Positions 17,199 to 29,088 of a stretch of 53,219 nt of DNA are shown here, piece after piece; position 1 is the first letter of the stretch, and every line of letters begins with the position of its first letter. Source of the stretch: Bacteroidales bacterium (GTDB lineage Bacteria; Bacteroidota; Bacteroidia; Bacteroidales; UBA1715); contig JAWOEL010000112.1 in NCBI GenBank assembly GCA_046482735.1, forward strand, positions 1 to 53,219, in the 5' to 3' direction. Position numbers and translations under genes: made by a program. A model generated the notes under the pieces. The model had not been told where the DNA came from. It ran no database searches and was given only the letters and a program-made list of their open reading frames with translations.

Positions 17199-20100
17199 AT
17201 GGAAGAATTTCAAAAAAAATCTTTGTATGACCAGAGTTACGAACATGATGCATGTGGAATAGGTTTTTTAGCAAATCTAAAAGGTAAGAAATCATACAAG
17301 ATTATAGATGATGCACTTAAAATGCTCGAAAACATGGAGCATCGTGGTGCCGTAGGATTTGAAGAAAACACAGGTGATGGTGCCGGCATATTAATACAAA
17401 TACCTCACGATTTTTTTACAGAAGAATGTGATAAAATCGGACTAACCCTTCCTGAATACGGAAAGTATGGTGTAGGTATGATATATTTTCCCGCAGAAGT
17501 TAAAATGCGTGAAGCCTGTCGAAAAATATTTAACGATACTCTCGAACACCTTGGCTTAGAATTGTTGGGTTACAGAAATGTGCCGGTAAACAGAAAAGGT
17601 ATTGGGAAAACAGCTTTATCTACAGAGCCCAAAATAGAGCAAGCTTTTATCATAGCAAAAGACTCATCAATAACCGGTGAAGATTTAGAAAGAAAATTAT
17701 TTGTACTGCGAAATTGGTCATTTAACTTATTCAAAAAAACATTTCCACGACACGCAGAAGATTTTTACATACCAACATTATCCTATAAAACTATAGCATA
17801 CAAAGGGCAATTAACGACCTATCAAGTACGGTCATACTATCTGGATTTACAAAACCCCAAAATGATTTCGGGACTGGCAATGGTTCACTCCCGGTTTTCT
17901 ACCAACACATTCCCTAAATGGAAACTGGCACAACCATTTCGTTATATTGCCCATAATGGTGAAATAAATACTATTAAAGGTAATGTAAATACTGTAGTTT
18001 CTAACGAAACTCTGTTTGAATCGTCATTATTTTCGAAAAAAGATATAGAAAAATTACGTCCTATCTGTGATCATGAAAATTCTGACTCTGCCAACTTAGA
18101 CAACATGATAGAAATGCTTGTTTTAAGTGGGCGGGAATTACCACATGTAATGATGATGCTTATGCCGGAAGCATGGCAAAATGATACAGAAATGCAAGAC
18201 CCCAAAAAAGCATTTTACGAATATCATGCTAATATCGTAGAACCATGGGACGGTCCTGCTTCTGTAAGTTTTACAGATGGGCACATTATTGGTGCCACAC
18301 TAGACCGTAACGGACTCAGACCTTCGCGGTATTCTTTATTAGAAGATGGTACCCTTATTATGGCATCAGAAACTGGTGCATTAAAAATAGACCAAAGCAA
18401 GGTGGTTCAAAAAGGACGTTTAGAACCGGGTAAAATGTTTATCGCAGATTTAAATGAGGGAAGAATTATCAGCGACGAGGAAATCAAACAACGTATTTGC
18501 TCTGAACAGCCATACAGAACATGGATTGAGCAAAACAAGGTGCATATCAATGATATTCCGGAACCTAAAAAACCTACGTATACTTATAATGCAGACACTC
18601 TTACGCAACGACAAATTGCATATGGATATACTCAGGAAACCGTGAAATCTATAATTGCCGAAATGGTCAACAAAAGTGCTGACCCTATAGGTTCTATGGG
18701 TAATGATGCTCCTTTAGCTGTACTTTCCAGACAAGCACGTCACATATCAAACTATTTCAAACAGCAATTTGCTCAGGTTTCGAACCCTCCTATTGATCCC
18801 ATACGGGAAAAAATCATCATGTCATTAAAGACATCGGTTAGTAGATCATTTAATATGCTTTCTATCACATCATTACATGCAAAGCACATTGCATTTGACC
18901 AACCGGTATTGACCAACGAACAAATCGATGCAATCAGATATATTACTCATCCTGACTTTCGGGTTACTCAACTTGATGCTACATTCAAAGCAATTAATGA
19001 ACCCAATAGCCTGGAAGATTCATTAAAGCGTATGTGTGCTGATGCTGATAGTGCAATTATAGACAAAACAACAAATATTCTTATTATTTCTGATCGAAAT
19101 ACCAGCAAAGATCGGGCTGCAATTCCAACGCTGCTTGCAATTGGTGCCCTGCACAATCATTTGGTAAACAATGGATTGCGTGCACGTGTGGGCATTATTA
19201 TTGAAGCTGGTGATGTTGTTGAGACGCATCACTACGCAACTATTATAGGATACGGTGCAAATGCTGTTAACCCATACATGGCATTTGAAACAATTACCTC
19301 TTTACAACGAGGTAAATATATAAAAAACAAAACTACTGAAGAGGCTAACGAAGCATACATAAACGCTATCGGAGCTGGTTTGCTCAAAATATTCTCTAAA
19401 ATGGGAATTTCAACACTTCAGTCATACCGAGGTGCACAAATATTTGAATGTTACGGTTTAGGTGAAAATATTATTAATCTTTGTTTTAAAGGTACTGTAT
19501 CGAAAATTGGTGGTATGGACTTTAAAGATATTGCCAAAGAAACATTGGTAAAACACTTTGCAGCCTACCCCGAAAAACCTATTGTAAACCAACGTCTCGA
19601 AGAGGGAGGAATTCATCAATGGAAACATCGTGGTGAAAAACACTTGTTTAATCCTCAAACTATTAGCCTCCTGCAACAAGCTGTTCGTACAGATGATTAC
19701 GAACTATACAAACAATACGCACAATTAATCAACGAACAACATGATCAACAATTTACTTTGCGTAGTTTACTCGATTTTAAAGGAAACAGAAAAGCTATTT
19801 CGATTGACGAAGTAGAACCTGCTGAAAACATCTACAAACGTTTTGCCACAGGTGCTATGTCGTTTGGTTCTATATCGTACGAAGCTCACTCTACCCTCGC
19901 AATCGCAATGAACAAATTAGGCGGAAAATCAAATTCCGGTGAAGGTGGTGAAGATGAAATACGCTTTGTGCAAAAAGAAAACGGCGACTGGGAACGTTCT
20001 GCAATTAAACAGGTTGCTTCCGGTAGATTTGGAGTAACATCTCATTATCTTGCAAATTGTAATGAGATTCAAATAAAAATGGCACAAGGTGCAAAACCCG

Positions 20101-21725
20101 GCGAAGGTGGTCAATTGCCAGGACACAAGGTTGATGAATGGATTGGTAGAGTGCGTCATTCCACTCCTGGTGTAGGATTAATTTCTCCACCACCACATCA
20201 CGATATTTATTCGATTGAAGATTTGGCACAGTTAATTTTTGATTTGAAAAATGCTAATCCGGATGCACATATAAATGTAAAATTAGTTTCGAAAGCCGGT
20301 GTCGGCACAATTGCTGCCGGTGTTGCAAAAGCATTTGCAGACAAAGTTCTTATTTCAGGTCACGACGGGGGCACAGGTGCTTCTCCGGTTTCATCTATCC
20401 ATCATTGCGGATCTCCTTGGGAAATGGGACTTGCAGAAACTCACCAAACACTTGTTATAAATAAACTCCGCGATCGGATAATTGTACAATCTGACGGTCA
20501 AATGAAATCGGGTCGTGATTTAGCTATTGCGACATTACTGGGAGCTGAGGAATGGGGAGTTGCTACTGCTGCTCTTGTTGCCGAGGGATGTATTATGATG
20601 CGCAAATGCCATTTAAACACATGCCCCGTTGGAGTTGCAACTCAAAACAAAGACTTACGCAAAGTCTTTAAAGGTAAACCTGAACATGTTATGAATTTAT
20701 TTAAATTTATGACGCAGGAATTACGTGAGATTATGGCTGCAAACGGATTTAAATCTATCAATGAAATGGTGGGCCAGTCTAATATTCTTCGCCAACGCGA
20801 TGATTTGGCATACTGGAAAGTTCAAAAATTAAATTTAGATCCTATTATTTATCAAGTACCCTCTGATCCTGATATTAAAACATACCATTCAAAAGATCAA
20901 AAACATGCCATTCATTCCATATTGGATAGAAAACTAATTGAAAAAGCATTACCTGCAATTAAAAACGGCTCTAAAGTTACTGAAGAATTTGACATTATCA
21001 ACACAGACCGAGCTGTGGGCACAATGCTTTCTCATGAAATTTCAAAAAAATATGGCAACAACGGATTGCCTGAAAATACAATCAATTACACATTTACCGG
21101 ATCCGCTGGTCAATCTTTTGCAGCATTTGGACAAAGTGGTTTAACCTTTAGAGTTTTTGGTGATGCTAATGATTACTTTGGTAAGGGATTGTCTGGAGCT
21201 AAACTAATTATCAGACCAAATCAAAAATCCAACTTTGCTCCCGAAAAAAATGTACTTATTGGTAATGTAGCTTTTTACGGTGCTACAAGTGGTGAGGCAT
21301 ATATTCGCGGAGTAGCGGGCGAACGATTTTGTATTCGAAATTCCGGTGTGCAAACAGTTGTTGAGGGAATTGGTAATCACGGATGCGAATATATGACCGG
21401 AGGAACTGTTGTTGTGCTTGGAAAATTTGGTATGAATTTCGCTGCCGGAATGAGTGGTGGTATTGCTTATATTTACGATCCTGAACATATATTTGATTTG
21501 TATTGTAATAAAGCATCGGTTGATTTAGAAAAAGTTCCGTTTGAAGATGTGAATTTGCTCAAAACACTCATCACGAATCATCAAAAATATACTGATAGCA
21601 CAGTAGCCTCTCAGGTTTTAGAAAATTGGGATGATGCTCTGGAAAGTTTTGTAAAAGTATATCCACGCGATTTCAAACGAGTAATTGAAGAACGCAAAAA
21701 AATGGAAGCTGCTGCTGCTGAATAA
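17199..21725 (+). CDS. gltB: Glutamate synthase large subunit
   Basis: 1508 aa. N-terminal amidotransferase start ...YEHDACGIGFLA, a central FMN-binding region and a C-terminal GXGXG-type domain. Confidence 0.97.
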   Translation: MEEFQKKSLYDQSYEHDACGIGFLANLKGKKSYKIIDDALKMLENMEHRGAVGFEENTGDGAGILIQIPHDFFTEECDKIGLTLPEYGKYGVGMIYFPAEVKMREACRKIFNDTLEHLGLELLGYRNVPVNRKGIGKTALSTEPKIEQAFIIAKDSSITGEDLERKLFVLRNWSFNLFKKTFPRHAEDFYIPTLSYKTIAYKGQLTTYQVRSYYLDLQNPKMISGLAMVHSRFSTNTFPKWKLAQPFRYIAHNGEINTIKGNVNTVVSNETLFESSLFSKKDIEKLRPICDHENSDSANLDNMIEMLVLSGRELPHVMMMLMPEAWQNDTEMQDPKKAFYEYHANIVEPWDGPASVSFTDGHIIGATLDRNGLRPSRYSLLEDGTLIMASETGALKIDQSKVVQKGRLEPGKMFIADLNEGRIISDEEIKQRICSEQPYRTWIEQNKVHINDIPEPKKPTYTYNADTLTQRQIAYGYTQETVKSIIAEMVNKSADPIGSMGNDAPLAVLSRQARHISNYFKQQFAQVSNPPIDPIREKIIMSLKTSVSRSFNMLSITSLHAKHIAFDQPVLTNEQIDAIRYITHPDFRVTQLDATFKAINEPNSLEDSLKRMCADADSAIIDKTTNILIISDRNTSKDRAAIPTLLAIGALHNHLVNNGLRARVGIIIEAGDVVETHHYATIIGYGANAVNPYMAFETITSLQRGKYIKNKTTEEANEAYINAIGAGLLKIFSKMGISTLQSYRGAQIFECYGLGENIINLCFKGTVSKIGGMDFKDIAKETLVKHFAAYPEKPIVNQRLEEGGIHQWKHRGEKHLFNPQTISLLQQAVRTDDYELYKQYAQLINEQHDQQFTLRSLLDFKGNRKAISIDEVEPAENIYKRFATGAMSFGSISYEAHSTLAIAMNKLGGKSNSGEGGEDEIRFVQKENGDWERSAIKQVASGRFGVTSHYLANCNEIQIKMAQGAKPGEGGQLPGHKVDEWIGRVRHSTPGVGLISPPPHHDIYSIEDLAQLIFDLKNANPDAHINVKLVSKAGVGTIAAGVAKAFADKVLISGHDGGTGASPVSSIHHCGSPWEMGLAETHQTLVINKLRDRIIVQSDGQMKSGRDLAIATLLGAEEWGVATAALVAEGCIMMRKCHLNTCPVGVATQNKDLRKVFKGKPEHVMNLFKFMTQELREIMAANGFKSINEMVGQSNILRQRDDLAYWKVQKLNLDPIIYQVPSDPDIKTYHSKDQKHAIHSILDRKLIEKALPAIKNGSKVTEEFDIINTDRAVGTMLSHEISKKYGNNGLPENTINYTFTGSAGQSFAAFGQSGLTFRVFGDANDYFGKGLSGAKLIIRPNQKSNFAPEKNVLIGNVAFYGATSGEAYIRGVAGERFCIRNSGVQTVVEGIGNHGCEYMTGGTVVVLGKFGMNFAAGMSGGIAYIYDPEHIFDLYCNKASVDLEKVPFEDVNLLKTLITNHQKYTDSTVASQVLENWDDALESFVKVYPRDFKRVIEERKKMEAAAAE

Positions 21726-21752
21726 TAATTAACGATAAAAAACATTACTGCT

Positions 21753-23231
21753 ATGGGGAAACCTTCAGGATTTTTAGAATATAACAGAGAGGTTGCTGAA
21801 ACAAAACCTCCTAAAGAACGAATAAAAGATTATGCTGAATTTTATCTGAATTTCAGCGCCCGTAAAACCGAAATTCAATCTGCACGTTGCATGGAATGTG
21901 GTATACCATTTTGCCACGATGGATGCCCATTGGGAAATATTATACCCGAATTTAATGATGCGGTGTATCGTCAGAACTGGTTTCAGGCATATGAAATATT
22001 ATGCTCAACAAACAATTTTCCGGAGTTTACCGGTAGAATTTGTCCTGCTCCGTGTGAAACATCATGTGTGCTGGGGATTAACAAACCAGCTGTTACAATT
22101 GAATTGATTGAAAAACAAATCATAGAAAATGCCTTTAAGCATGAATGGGTGAAACCATCTCCACCGGCATTTCGCACAAACAAAAATGTTGCTGTTGTGG
22201 GTTCTGGACCTGCGGGGCTCGCCGCTGCTGCTCAAATAAATAAAGCAGGACATTCGGTAACTGTATTTGAACGTGATGACAAAATTGGTGGTCTTCTTCG
22301 CTATGGTATTCCCGATTTTAAATTAGATAAATCTATTATCGACAGACGAATCAAACTCATGGAAGAAGAAGGTATTGTGTTTAAACCAAATACAAACGTG
22401 GGGATTGATATAAGTGCTGAAGAACTCACAAAAGAATTTGATTCTGTTGTATTATGCGGTGGTTCTACTATACCACGGGACTTACCAATTCCGGGACGCG
22501 AACACAAACAGGTGCATTTTGCAATGGAATTCTTAAAAGATAACAATAAACGTGTTCAAGGCAGCACAGAAGCCCAAGATGATCGAATTAATGTAAAAGA
22601 TGCTCATGTTGTGGTTATTGGGGGTGGTGATACCGGATCTGATTGCGTTGGAACATCAAACAGACAGGGGGCTAAATCTATTACTCAAATAGAGTTAATG
22701 CCAAAACCAAAAACGGAACGTGGTGTTGAAGACCCTTGGCCACACTGGCCACATGTTTTGCGAACAACTTCGTCGCACCAAGAAGGATGTGAGCGACTAT
22801 GGTCTATACTTACCAAAGAATTTATTGCTGATAAAAACGGCGATCTACAAGCTCTCAAAATAGCTGATATTGAATGGGAAAAACCAAAAAAAGGAGAACG
22901 TCCTAATTTTAAGGAAATTCCAAATACAGAACGAGAAATTCCATGTAATTATGCATTTCTTGCAATGGGATTTGTTCACCCACAACACGAAGGTCTACTC
23001 GACAATTTAGGAACCAGCTATGATAACCGAGGAAATGTTGATGCCGAATATGGAACATACAACACAAATATAAAAGGAGTATTTTCTGCCGGCGATATGC
23101 GTCGCGGACAATCTCTTGTTGTGTGGGCAATTCATGAGGGACGGGAATGTGCTCGTGCAGTTGATGAATATCTTACCGGTATTCCTTCAAACTTAGAAGC
23201 AAAAGACAAATCCCGTTATGCTTTAGATTAA
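21753..23231 (+). CDS. gltD: Glutamate synthase small subunit (NADPH)
   Basis: Fe-S Cys cluster CMECGIPFCHDGCPLGN...CPAPCETSC and dinucleotide fold VAVVGSGPAGLAAA. Confidence 0.95.
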   Translation: MGKPSGFLEYNREVAETKPPKERIKDYAEFYLNFSARKTEIQSARCMECGIPFCHDGCPLGNIIPEFNDAVYRQNWFQAYEILCSTNNFPEFTGRICPAPCETSCVLGINKPAVTIELIEKQIIENAFKHEWVKPSPPAFRTNKNVAVVGSGPAGLAAAAQINKAGHSVTVFERDDKIGGLLRYGIPDFKLDKSIIDRRIKLMEEEGIVFKPNTNVGIDISAEELTKEFDSVVLCGGSTIPRDLPIPGREHKQVHFAMEFLKDNNKRVQGSTEAQDDRINVKDAHVVVIGGGDTGSDCVGTSNRQGAKSITQIELMPKPKTERGVEDPWPHWPHVLRTTSSHQEGCERLWSILTKEFIADKNGDLQALKIADIEWEKPKKGERPNFKEIPNTEREIPCNYAFLAMGFVHPQHEGLLDNLGTSYDNRGNVDAEYGTYNTNIKGVFSAGDMRRGQSLVVWAIHEGRECARAVDEYLTGIPSNLEAKDKSRYALD

Positions 23232-23258
23232 TATACCTGTTGTTCTTATTTTCAATAA

Positions 23259-23295
23259 AAAAGGGATGCAGACAGTGTTTGCATCCCTTTTTTAA
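23259..23295 (+). terminator. Rho-independent terminator after gltD
   Basis: Stem GGGATGCA (23263-23270) / TGCATCCC (23280-23287), followed by TTTTTT. Confidence 0.75.
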
Positions 23296-23645
23296 TTAAT
23301 TCCCGAAATTATGTAATACTCTAAAAAATAACGCACAAGTTTTTCGCTTTACACATATAACCACATACATACCATCAATAATATCATTTTCAATTCTTAA
23401 AAAAAGTACAATTATGTCGTGTTTAGACTTAATTATCATACAATTATGTATATGTTCTTTTTTATAAAAAAACCATAACATACTGAAAAAGAAAAGCACA
23501 GTATCATACTTCAGAAAATGGCATAATGAATGTGTAGATGATAATAAATTCAGAACAACTGACCTAAGAAAAACAGTATTTTATATAATGATATGATAAA
23601 TAAGAAGTTGATAAATTTTACTATTTTTTGTATACGGATTTTAAA

Positions 23646-24565
23646 ATGATACCAATTATGCCACAGACACGACTTCCATTTTTCCCAGAAGATATAGAAT
23701 TAATCAATAATTATATTGGAGTTCAAAAGAAAGCAGGGATCGTTTATTACTTCAATGGAGCTATGGCCATTTTTCAACATCCCGAAGATGATTATTCAAG
23801 TTTTCGATTGTTTACGAGTCAATTAGTGGTAAATGGAAATGTAACCCAAATGGATATAGTCAGGGCATTTAATGTCAGCACAATAAGCGTGAAGCGTTGG
23901 GTGAAAAAATACCGTAAAAATGGAGCAGAAGCTTTTTTTATTACAGAAACAACACCAACCTCGAGTACTGCCCCCGGAGTTATCTAAAAAATACACTATT
24001 ATTTAGAACTAAATAATAGCGTAGAGCAGATATGTAATTTACTTGACTTAAAGGTTGATACGGTCAAACGAGCTATAAAAGATGGCCGGATATTAATTCC
24101 TGAAAAAGAACACAATCATACAGCAGGTATAACAAAAAGCGAACGAAACATTATTGACAATGACCAAGCAATGGGCAAAGCCTGTTGCAATACAATAGAA
24201 AGGGTATTGTCGCTAAAAACCGGGGCAAGTTGTCCAATAACATTCAAATACCAAACAGACTTGCAATATGCAGGAGTTTTGATTTCTATACCGGCACTAA
24301 TAACACAAGGTTTACTTAGGTACGAAAATGAATTTGCACTTGAAAGAGTATATTACCCAACAAGCAGTATTTTTCTATCTTTGGCTATATTGTCATTATT
24401 ACGGATTAAGACATTATCTGGGACAGGCATTTTACCAGCAGGAGAACTTGGCAAAACAATCGGGCTTGACAGGATTCCCGAAGGAAAAACATTAAGGATA
24501 CGTATAGCTGAGTTTTGCAAAAAAACAGATATTGATAGATGGCGATTTGAACTAAGCCGGGACTG
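23646..24565 (+). pseudogene. Transposase-like gene with N-terminal HTH, family not identified; interrupted and 3'-truncated
   Basis: Track ORFs 23628..23987 and 24171..24587 share one frame, separated by TAA at 23985. Around 23940-23990 the homologue-like reading (PRVLPPELSKKYTII) sits in another frame, which implies compensating frameshifts. The sequence resembles transposase-associated proteins (LPFFPEDIELIN...SFRLFTSQLVVNG...ISVKRWVKKYRKNG; ...GLDRIPEGKTLRIRI). It ends abruptly where the modA fragment begins. Confidence 0.5.
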
Positions 24566-24814
24566 GTCTGCCTGGGCTCCTTTTTGAATTTGTCGTGCCA
24601 AAATCCCACTTGAGGCAGCGTTTATAACAACATCAACATCTTCTTTTTTTTCAAATTCATTAGCTAAATCACGCATGGCATCCTGCATACTAGCAGCAGA
24701 AAAAACCCGAATTTTCGTTCTCTCTATATCCGATTCGGAACTTACACATGAAATAAACAACACCGAAACGAGAAGCAAAAAACTATACCGTACTTTTAAT
24801 TGTATGAACCGCAT
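24566..24814 (-). pseudogene. modA: Molybdate ABC transporter substrate-binding protein, N-terminal ~83-codon fragment
   Basis: Lipoprotein signal (LLLVSVLFISCVSS), then IRVFSAASMQDAMRDLANEFEKKEDVDVVINAASSGILARQIQKGAQAD, the typical ModA N-terminus. After QAD the 153-aa track ORF is antisense of the transposase-like fragment. Confidence 0.6.
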
Positions 24815-24930
24815 TTTTGTATACTCTTTGTTAATAAAAATTAGCTATACAAAAATAAACTGTAAACAAATAGTATACATTCCGTAATACTACTGATTCT
24901 TTTTTACGCGATACGCTTATGCTTTAAAGC

Positions 24931-24970
24931 AAAAAAAGACTGTTTCAACATATATGAAACAGTCTTTTTA
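24931..24970 (-). terminator. Rho-independent terminator after mutB, bidirectional in form
   Basis: 11-bp stem AGACTGTTTCA (24937-24947) / TGAAACAGTCT (24955-24965), flanked by an A-run and a T-run. Confidence 0.75.
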
Positions 24971-24991
24971 ATATAAATATATGTATATCAA

Positions 24992-27136
24992 CTAATCATC
25001 AAGCAATATTTCAAGCAACTGAATTGCCGCTTTTGGAATAGACGTACCCGGTCCAAAAATTGCCACTGCACCTGATTCATATAAGAAATCATAATCTTGC
25101 GACGGAATCACGCCACCACAAATTACCATGATATCCTCACGACCCAGTTTTTGTAACTCTTCAATAACCTGCGGCACAAGATATTTGTGACCAGCCGCAA
25201 GAGATGAAACACCCAAAATATGCACATCATTTTCCACTGCTTGCTTCGCCGCCTCTTCCGGAGTTTGGAACAATGGCCCCACATCAACATCAAAACCGAT
25301 ATCGGCATAACCTGTTGACACTACTTTGGCACCACGGTCGTGACCGTCTTGTCCCATTTTTGCAACCATAATACGAGGTTGACGTCCTTCTTTTTCTGAA
25401 AATTGCTTACACAATTCTACTGCTTTTTGAAAATTACTGTCGTTTTTTGCTTCTGCTGCGTACACACCTGAAATACTTCTAATTACTGCTTTATATCTGC
25501 CTGCTACTTTTTCACAAGCGTCTGAAATCTCACCAAGAGTTGCATTTTTACGAGCAGCATCAACTGCTAGTTCAAGCAAGTTACCCTCACCTGTTTCTGC
25601 ACTTTTAGTGATTGCCGATAGAGCTGCCTGACATTCTTCCTCATTTCGTTCAGCACGCAATTCCTGCAAACGTTTAATTTGCGAATCACGCACCGCTGAA
25701 TTATCAATGTCAAGAATTTCAATAGGATCTTCTTTATCCAATCTATATTTATTTGTACCAATAATAGCATCGAGACCAGCATCAATACGTGCTTGTTTGC
25801 GAGCTGCAGCCTCTTCAATACGCATTTTCGGCACACCGGTTTCAATAGCTTTTGCCATTCCACCAAGTTTTTCCACCTCATCAAGGTGTTCCATAGCTTT
25901 CTTCACTAAATCTTTCGTTAACGATTCTACATAATAAGAACCAGCCCACGGATCGATAGCACGACAAATTTCTGTTTCCTGTTGAATATAAATTTGCGTA
26001 TTACGTGCTATACGAGCAGAAAAATCAGTTGGTAAAGCTATTGCCTCATCCAATGCATTGGTGTGGAGCGACTGTGTATGCCCCAACGCTGCAGCCATAG
26101 CCTCCACACATGTTCTACCCACATTATTAAACGGATCCTGCTCTGTTAAAGACCATCCGGAAGTTTGTGAGTGAGTACGCAATGTTAGAGATTTTGGATT
26201 TTTCGGATTAAATTGTTTTACAATTTTTGCCCATAACATACGTGCTGCACGCATTTTGGCAATTTCCATAAAATGATTTGTTCCAATAGCCCAAAAGAAT
26301 GACAAACGAGGAGCAAACGAATCAACATCCATACCAGCATTAATTCCGGTACGTAAATAATCCAGCCCATCTGCCAAGGTATATGCCATTTCAATATCAT
26401 TGGTTGCTCCAGCTTCTTGCATATGATATCCTGAAATTGAAATAGAATTAAATTTCGGCATATATTTCGACGTATATTCAAAAATATCCGCAATAATTCG
26501 CATAGAAAACTGAGGCGGATAAATGTACGTGTTTCGTACCATAAATTCCTTCAAAATATCATTTTGTATAGTACCAGACAATTCTTCTAATTTGGCACCT
26601 TGTTCGAGTCCTGCTACAATATAAAATGCCATAATCGGAAGCACAGCCCCGTTCATAGTCATAGAAACAGACATTTTATTAAGAGGTATCTGATCGAACA
26701 AAACCCGCATATCTTTAATAGAATCTATTGCCACACCGGCCTTACCTACATCACCTTCTACACGAGGATGATCTGAATCATATCCACGATGTGTTGCAAG
26801 GTCAAATGCAACGGACAAGCCTTTTTGCCCCGATGCTATATTACGTCTATAAAATGCATTAGACTCCTCTGCTGTAGAAAATCCGGCATATTGTCGGATT
26901 GTCCAGGGTCGAAACGGATACATTGCTGTATACGGACCACGTAAATACGGAGGAAAACCCGAAGTAAAATGTATATGCTCAGCATCTTTAATATCATTTT
27001 TGGTATATGCTGATTTTATTGGAATTTTTTCCGGTGTTTCCCATGTATTTGGAATAATATTTTTCTTTTCCCACTCTTCGACTGAAGGTTGAGATTTTGA
27101 TTTTTTTATATCTATTGATTTAAAATCCGGTTTCAT
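24992..27136 (-). CDS. mutB: Methylmalonyl-CoA mutase large (catalytic, B12-binding) subunit
   Basis: 714 aa. Mutase core ([28 protein letters not shown]) and a C-terminal B12 domain with the DxHxxG motif ([11 protein letters not shown]). Confidence 0.95.
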   Translation of the reverse strand: MKPDFKSIDIKKSKSQPSVEEWEKKNIIPNTWETPEKIPIKSAYTKNDIKDAEHIHFTSGFPPYLRGPYTAMYPFRPWTIRQYAGFSTAEESNAFYRRNIASGQKGLSVAFDLATHRGYDSDHPRVEGDVGKAGVAIDSIKDMRVLFDQIPLNKMSVSMTMNGAVLPIMAFYIVAGLEQGAKLEELSGTIQNDILKEFMVRNTYIYPPQFSMRIIADIFEYTSKYMPKFNSISISGYHMQEAGATNDIEMAYTLADGLDYLRTGINAGMDVDSFAPRLSFFWAIGTNHFMEIAKMRAARMLWAKIVKQFNPKNPKSLTLRTHSQTSGWSLTEQDPFNNVGRTCVEAMAAALGHTQSLHTNALDEAIALPTDFSARIARNTQIYIQQETEICRAIDPWAGSYYVESLTKDLVKKAMEHLDEVEKLGGMAKAIETGVPKMRIEEAAARKQARIDAGLDAIIGTNKYRLDKEDPIEILDIDNSAVRDSQIKRLQELRAERNEEECQAALSAITKSAETGEGNLLELAVDAARKNATLGEISDACEKVAGRYKAVIRSISGVYAAEAKNDSNFQKAVELCKQFSEKEGRQPRIMVAKMGQDGHDRGAKVVSTGYADIGFDVDVGPLFQTPEEAAKQAVENDVHILGVSSLAAGHKYLVPQVIEELQKLGREDIMVICGGVIPSQDYDFLYESGAVAIFGPGTSIPKAAIQLLEILLDD

Positions 27137-27147
27137 GTTATCTGATT

Positions 27148-29088
27148 TTATTTAATTCCCACTAAAGCCTGATACATTTGTAATGTTTCAAGCACATTTG
27201 ATTTTACACTGATAAAATGCTTAATTCCCTCAGCTTCTAAGTCTTTTTTAGAAGCAGGATCACCGGCTACAACCACAATTTTATCTTGCAACTGTTTACA
27301 TACCGGCACTGCATATTGCAGATATTCATCATCTGAGCTACACACAACAATAATATCAGCTTGTGCTTTTTTAGCTGCTTCTACCCCCTCTTCTACCGAA
27401 GAAAACGGTTTATTATCCATTACCTCAAAACCGGCACAGGCAAAGAAGTTACATGCAAACTGAGCACGCGCAGTTCGAAACACCGGATGCCCTATTGGAA
27501 TCATAAACACTTTGGGTCGTGTATTATTTTTTGCATAGGTATCGGTCTTATATCGCAACAATTCAAACAATTGTGCTCCTCTATACAACTCTATAGGTTG
27601 TGCAATAGCATTAGGCGATTCAAATGATTGCGGTTTAAACAATGATTCATCCAGAAAATTTTCTGCACGCTCCGTGAAATTTGGAAATTGATTTACTCCC
27701 AAAATATTTTCACGTCTGGTTGCTATTTTTTTATTGTGTATTTCTGCGGTTTTTCGTATTTCATCTTGAATAAAACCAGCTTTGAAAGCATCTATAAAAC
27801 CACCTTTGTCTTGAATAGTTAAAAATATGTCCCATGATTTTTCAATAATTTTATCGGTCAGTTCTTCGATATAATATGAACCTGCCGAGGGATCTACCAC
27901 TTCATGGAAATGACACTCTTCTTTAATAATATTTTGCTGATTGCGTGCTATCCGTTCACTAAACTCAGATGATTCTTCAAAAATATAATTGAATGGTAAA
28001 ATTGTCAGAGAATCAACCCCACCAATAGTTGCACTCATAGCTTCTGTCTGAGTGCGAAGCATATTTACGTATGGGTCATAAATTGTTTTGTTCCATGTAG
28101 AAGTTATTGCATGTATGTTAATTTTTCCGGCACACGTACATACCTTGCTTCCACCGCACGAACAGGCAGAATCTGAATTATCACAACAATCATCATCACA
28201 GTTACATGTTGGTTTATATGCTGAAACAATTTTTGCCCATAAAAATTTTGCTGCACGGAATTTTGCAATTTCCATAAAATAATTTGACGACACCGCAAAA
28301 TTAAATTTTATACGTGGTGCAAATATTCCAGCATCTATCCCTTTTTCTGTAGCTGCTGTCAAATAATCTGCACCAATAGCCAAACCATATGCCAGTTCTT
28401 GTGTAATTGAAGCTCCTGCATTGGCTATATAATCGGCATGCACTTCGCAGGTTTTAAAACATGGTATTTCTTTGGCTACATTTAGTAAATCTATCGTAAA
28501 GGTCTCGCATTTCTCTTGCGAATCAAAACAAAATGCTCCGGTAAGAACTAAATTTCCTATATAATCTGAATTGACAGAACCTGTTATTTGATTCAAATCA
28601 TATTTTTCTTCCTTTAGGTATTCCACAAAATGAGTCAGGAAGTTTGTTTTTCCTTTTGCTATTACAAAACATACCTCAATAGCCGTTAACTGAATATTGT
28701 GCAACAATTTCGCTATATCAGATTTCTCCCAACTTGTGGCATCTTGTATATTAAAACCTAAAGAAGTAACTCCTCGTTGCAAGATGTTTAAAGCCTTTGC
28801 ATGTGCTTGCGATATATCTTGTACCGATATATCCTGACGTATATTCCACTCGTTATCGGTTTTGGTCCCACGTATATACGGAAACTCTCCCGGCAACACT
28901 TCTAAATATTTAAGAGACGACAAGTCTTCTTGTCTGTAAATCGGTTCTACTTTGAATCCATCAATCGGACGCCATACTAATTTTTTTTCATAGTCAGCTC
29001 CTTTAATGTCTTTAATGGTTTTTTCTTTCCATTCTTCAGCAGAAACCGGTGCAAATTCTTCAAATAATTTACCCGAACTGTTTGACAT
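27148..29088 (-). CDS. mutA: Methylmalonyl-CoA mutase small subunit
   Basis: 646 aa and paralogous to mutB ([18 protein letters not shown]...[17 protein letters not shown]), but without DxHxxG. It lies immediately upstream of mutB and contains a Cys-rich insert (see findings). Confidence 0.9.
   Translation of the reverse strand: MSNSSGKLFEEFAPVSAEEWKEKTIKDIKGADYEKKLVWRPIDGFKVEPIYRQEDLSSLKYLEVLPGEFPYIRGTKTDNEWNIRQDISVQDISQAHAKALNILQRGVTSLGFNIQDATSWEKSDIAKLLHNIQLTAIEVCFVIAKGKTNFLTHFVEYLKEEKYDLNQITGSVNSDYIGNLVLTGAFCFDSQEKCETFTIDLLNVAKEIPCFKTCEVHADYIANAGASITQELAYGLAIGADYLTAATEKGIDAGIFAPRIKFNFAVSSNYFMEIAKFRAAKFLWAKIVSAYKPTCNCDDDCCDNSDSACSCGGSKVCTCAGKINIHAITSTWNKTIYDPYVNMLRTQTEAMSATIGGVDSLTILPFNYIFEESSEFSERIARNQQNIIKEECHFHEVVDPSAGSYYIEELTDKIIEKSWDIFLTIQDKGGFIDAFKAGFIQDEIRKTAEIHNKKIATRRENILGVNQFPNFTERAENFLDESLFKPQSFESPNAIAQPIELYRGAQLFELLRYKTDTYAKNNTRPKVFMIPIGHPVFRTARAQFACNFFACAGFEVMDNKPFSSVEEGVEAAKKAQADIIVVCSSDDEYLQYAVPVCKQLQDKIVVVAGDPASKKDLEAEGIKHFISVKSNVLETLQMYQALVGIK

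Noticed and set aside
17199-23231. Many 60-105-aa ORFs inside or antisense to gltB and gltD (for example 18968..19156, 19023..19232, 21204..21488, 22301..22546). Similar ORFs lie within uvrA, mutAB, lepA, gltX and trkH.
   Set aside because: They fall entirely within long, unmistakably conserved genes, in other frames or on the other strand. Their composition is low-complexity and they carry no recognisable motifs, so I treat them as frame shadows.
24353-24814. 153-aa ORF taken at face value as an intact gene.
   Set aside because: Only the first ~83 codons are ModA-like. The rest is the antisense strand of the transposase-like fragment.
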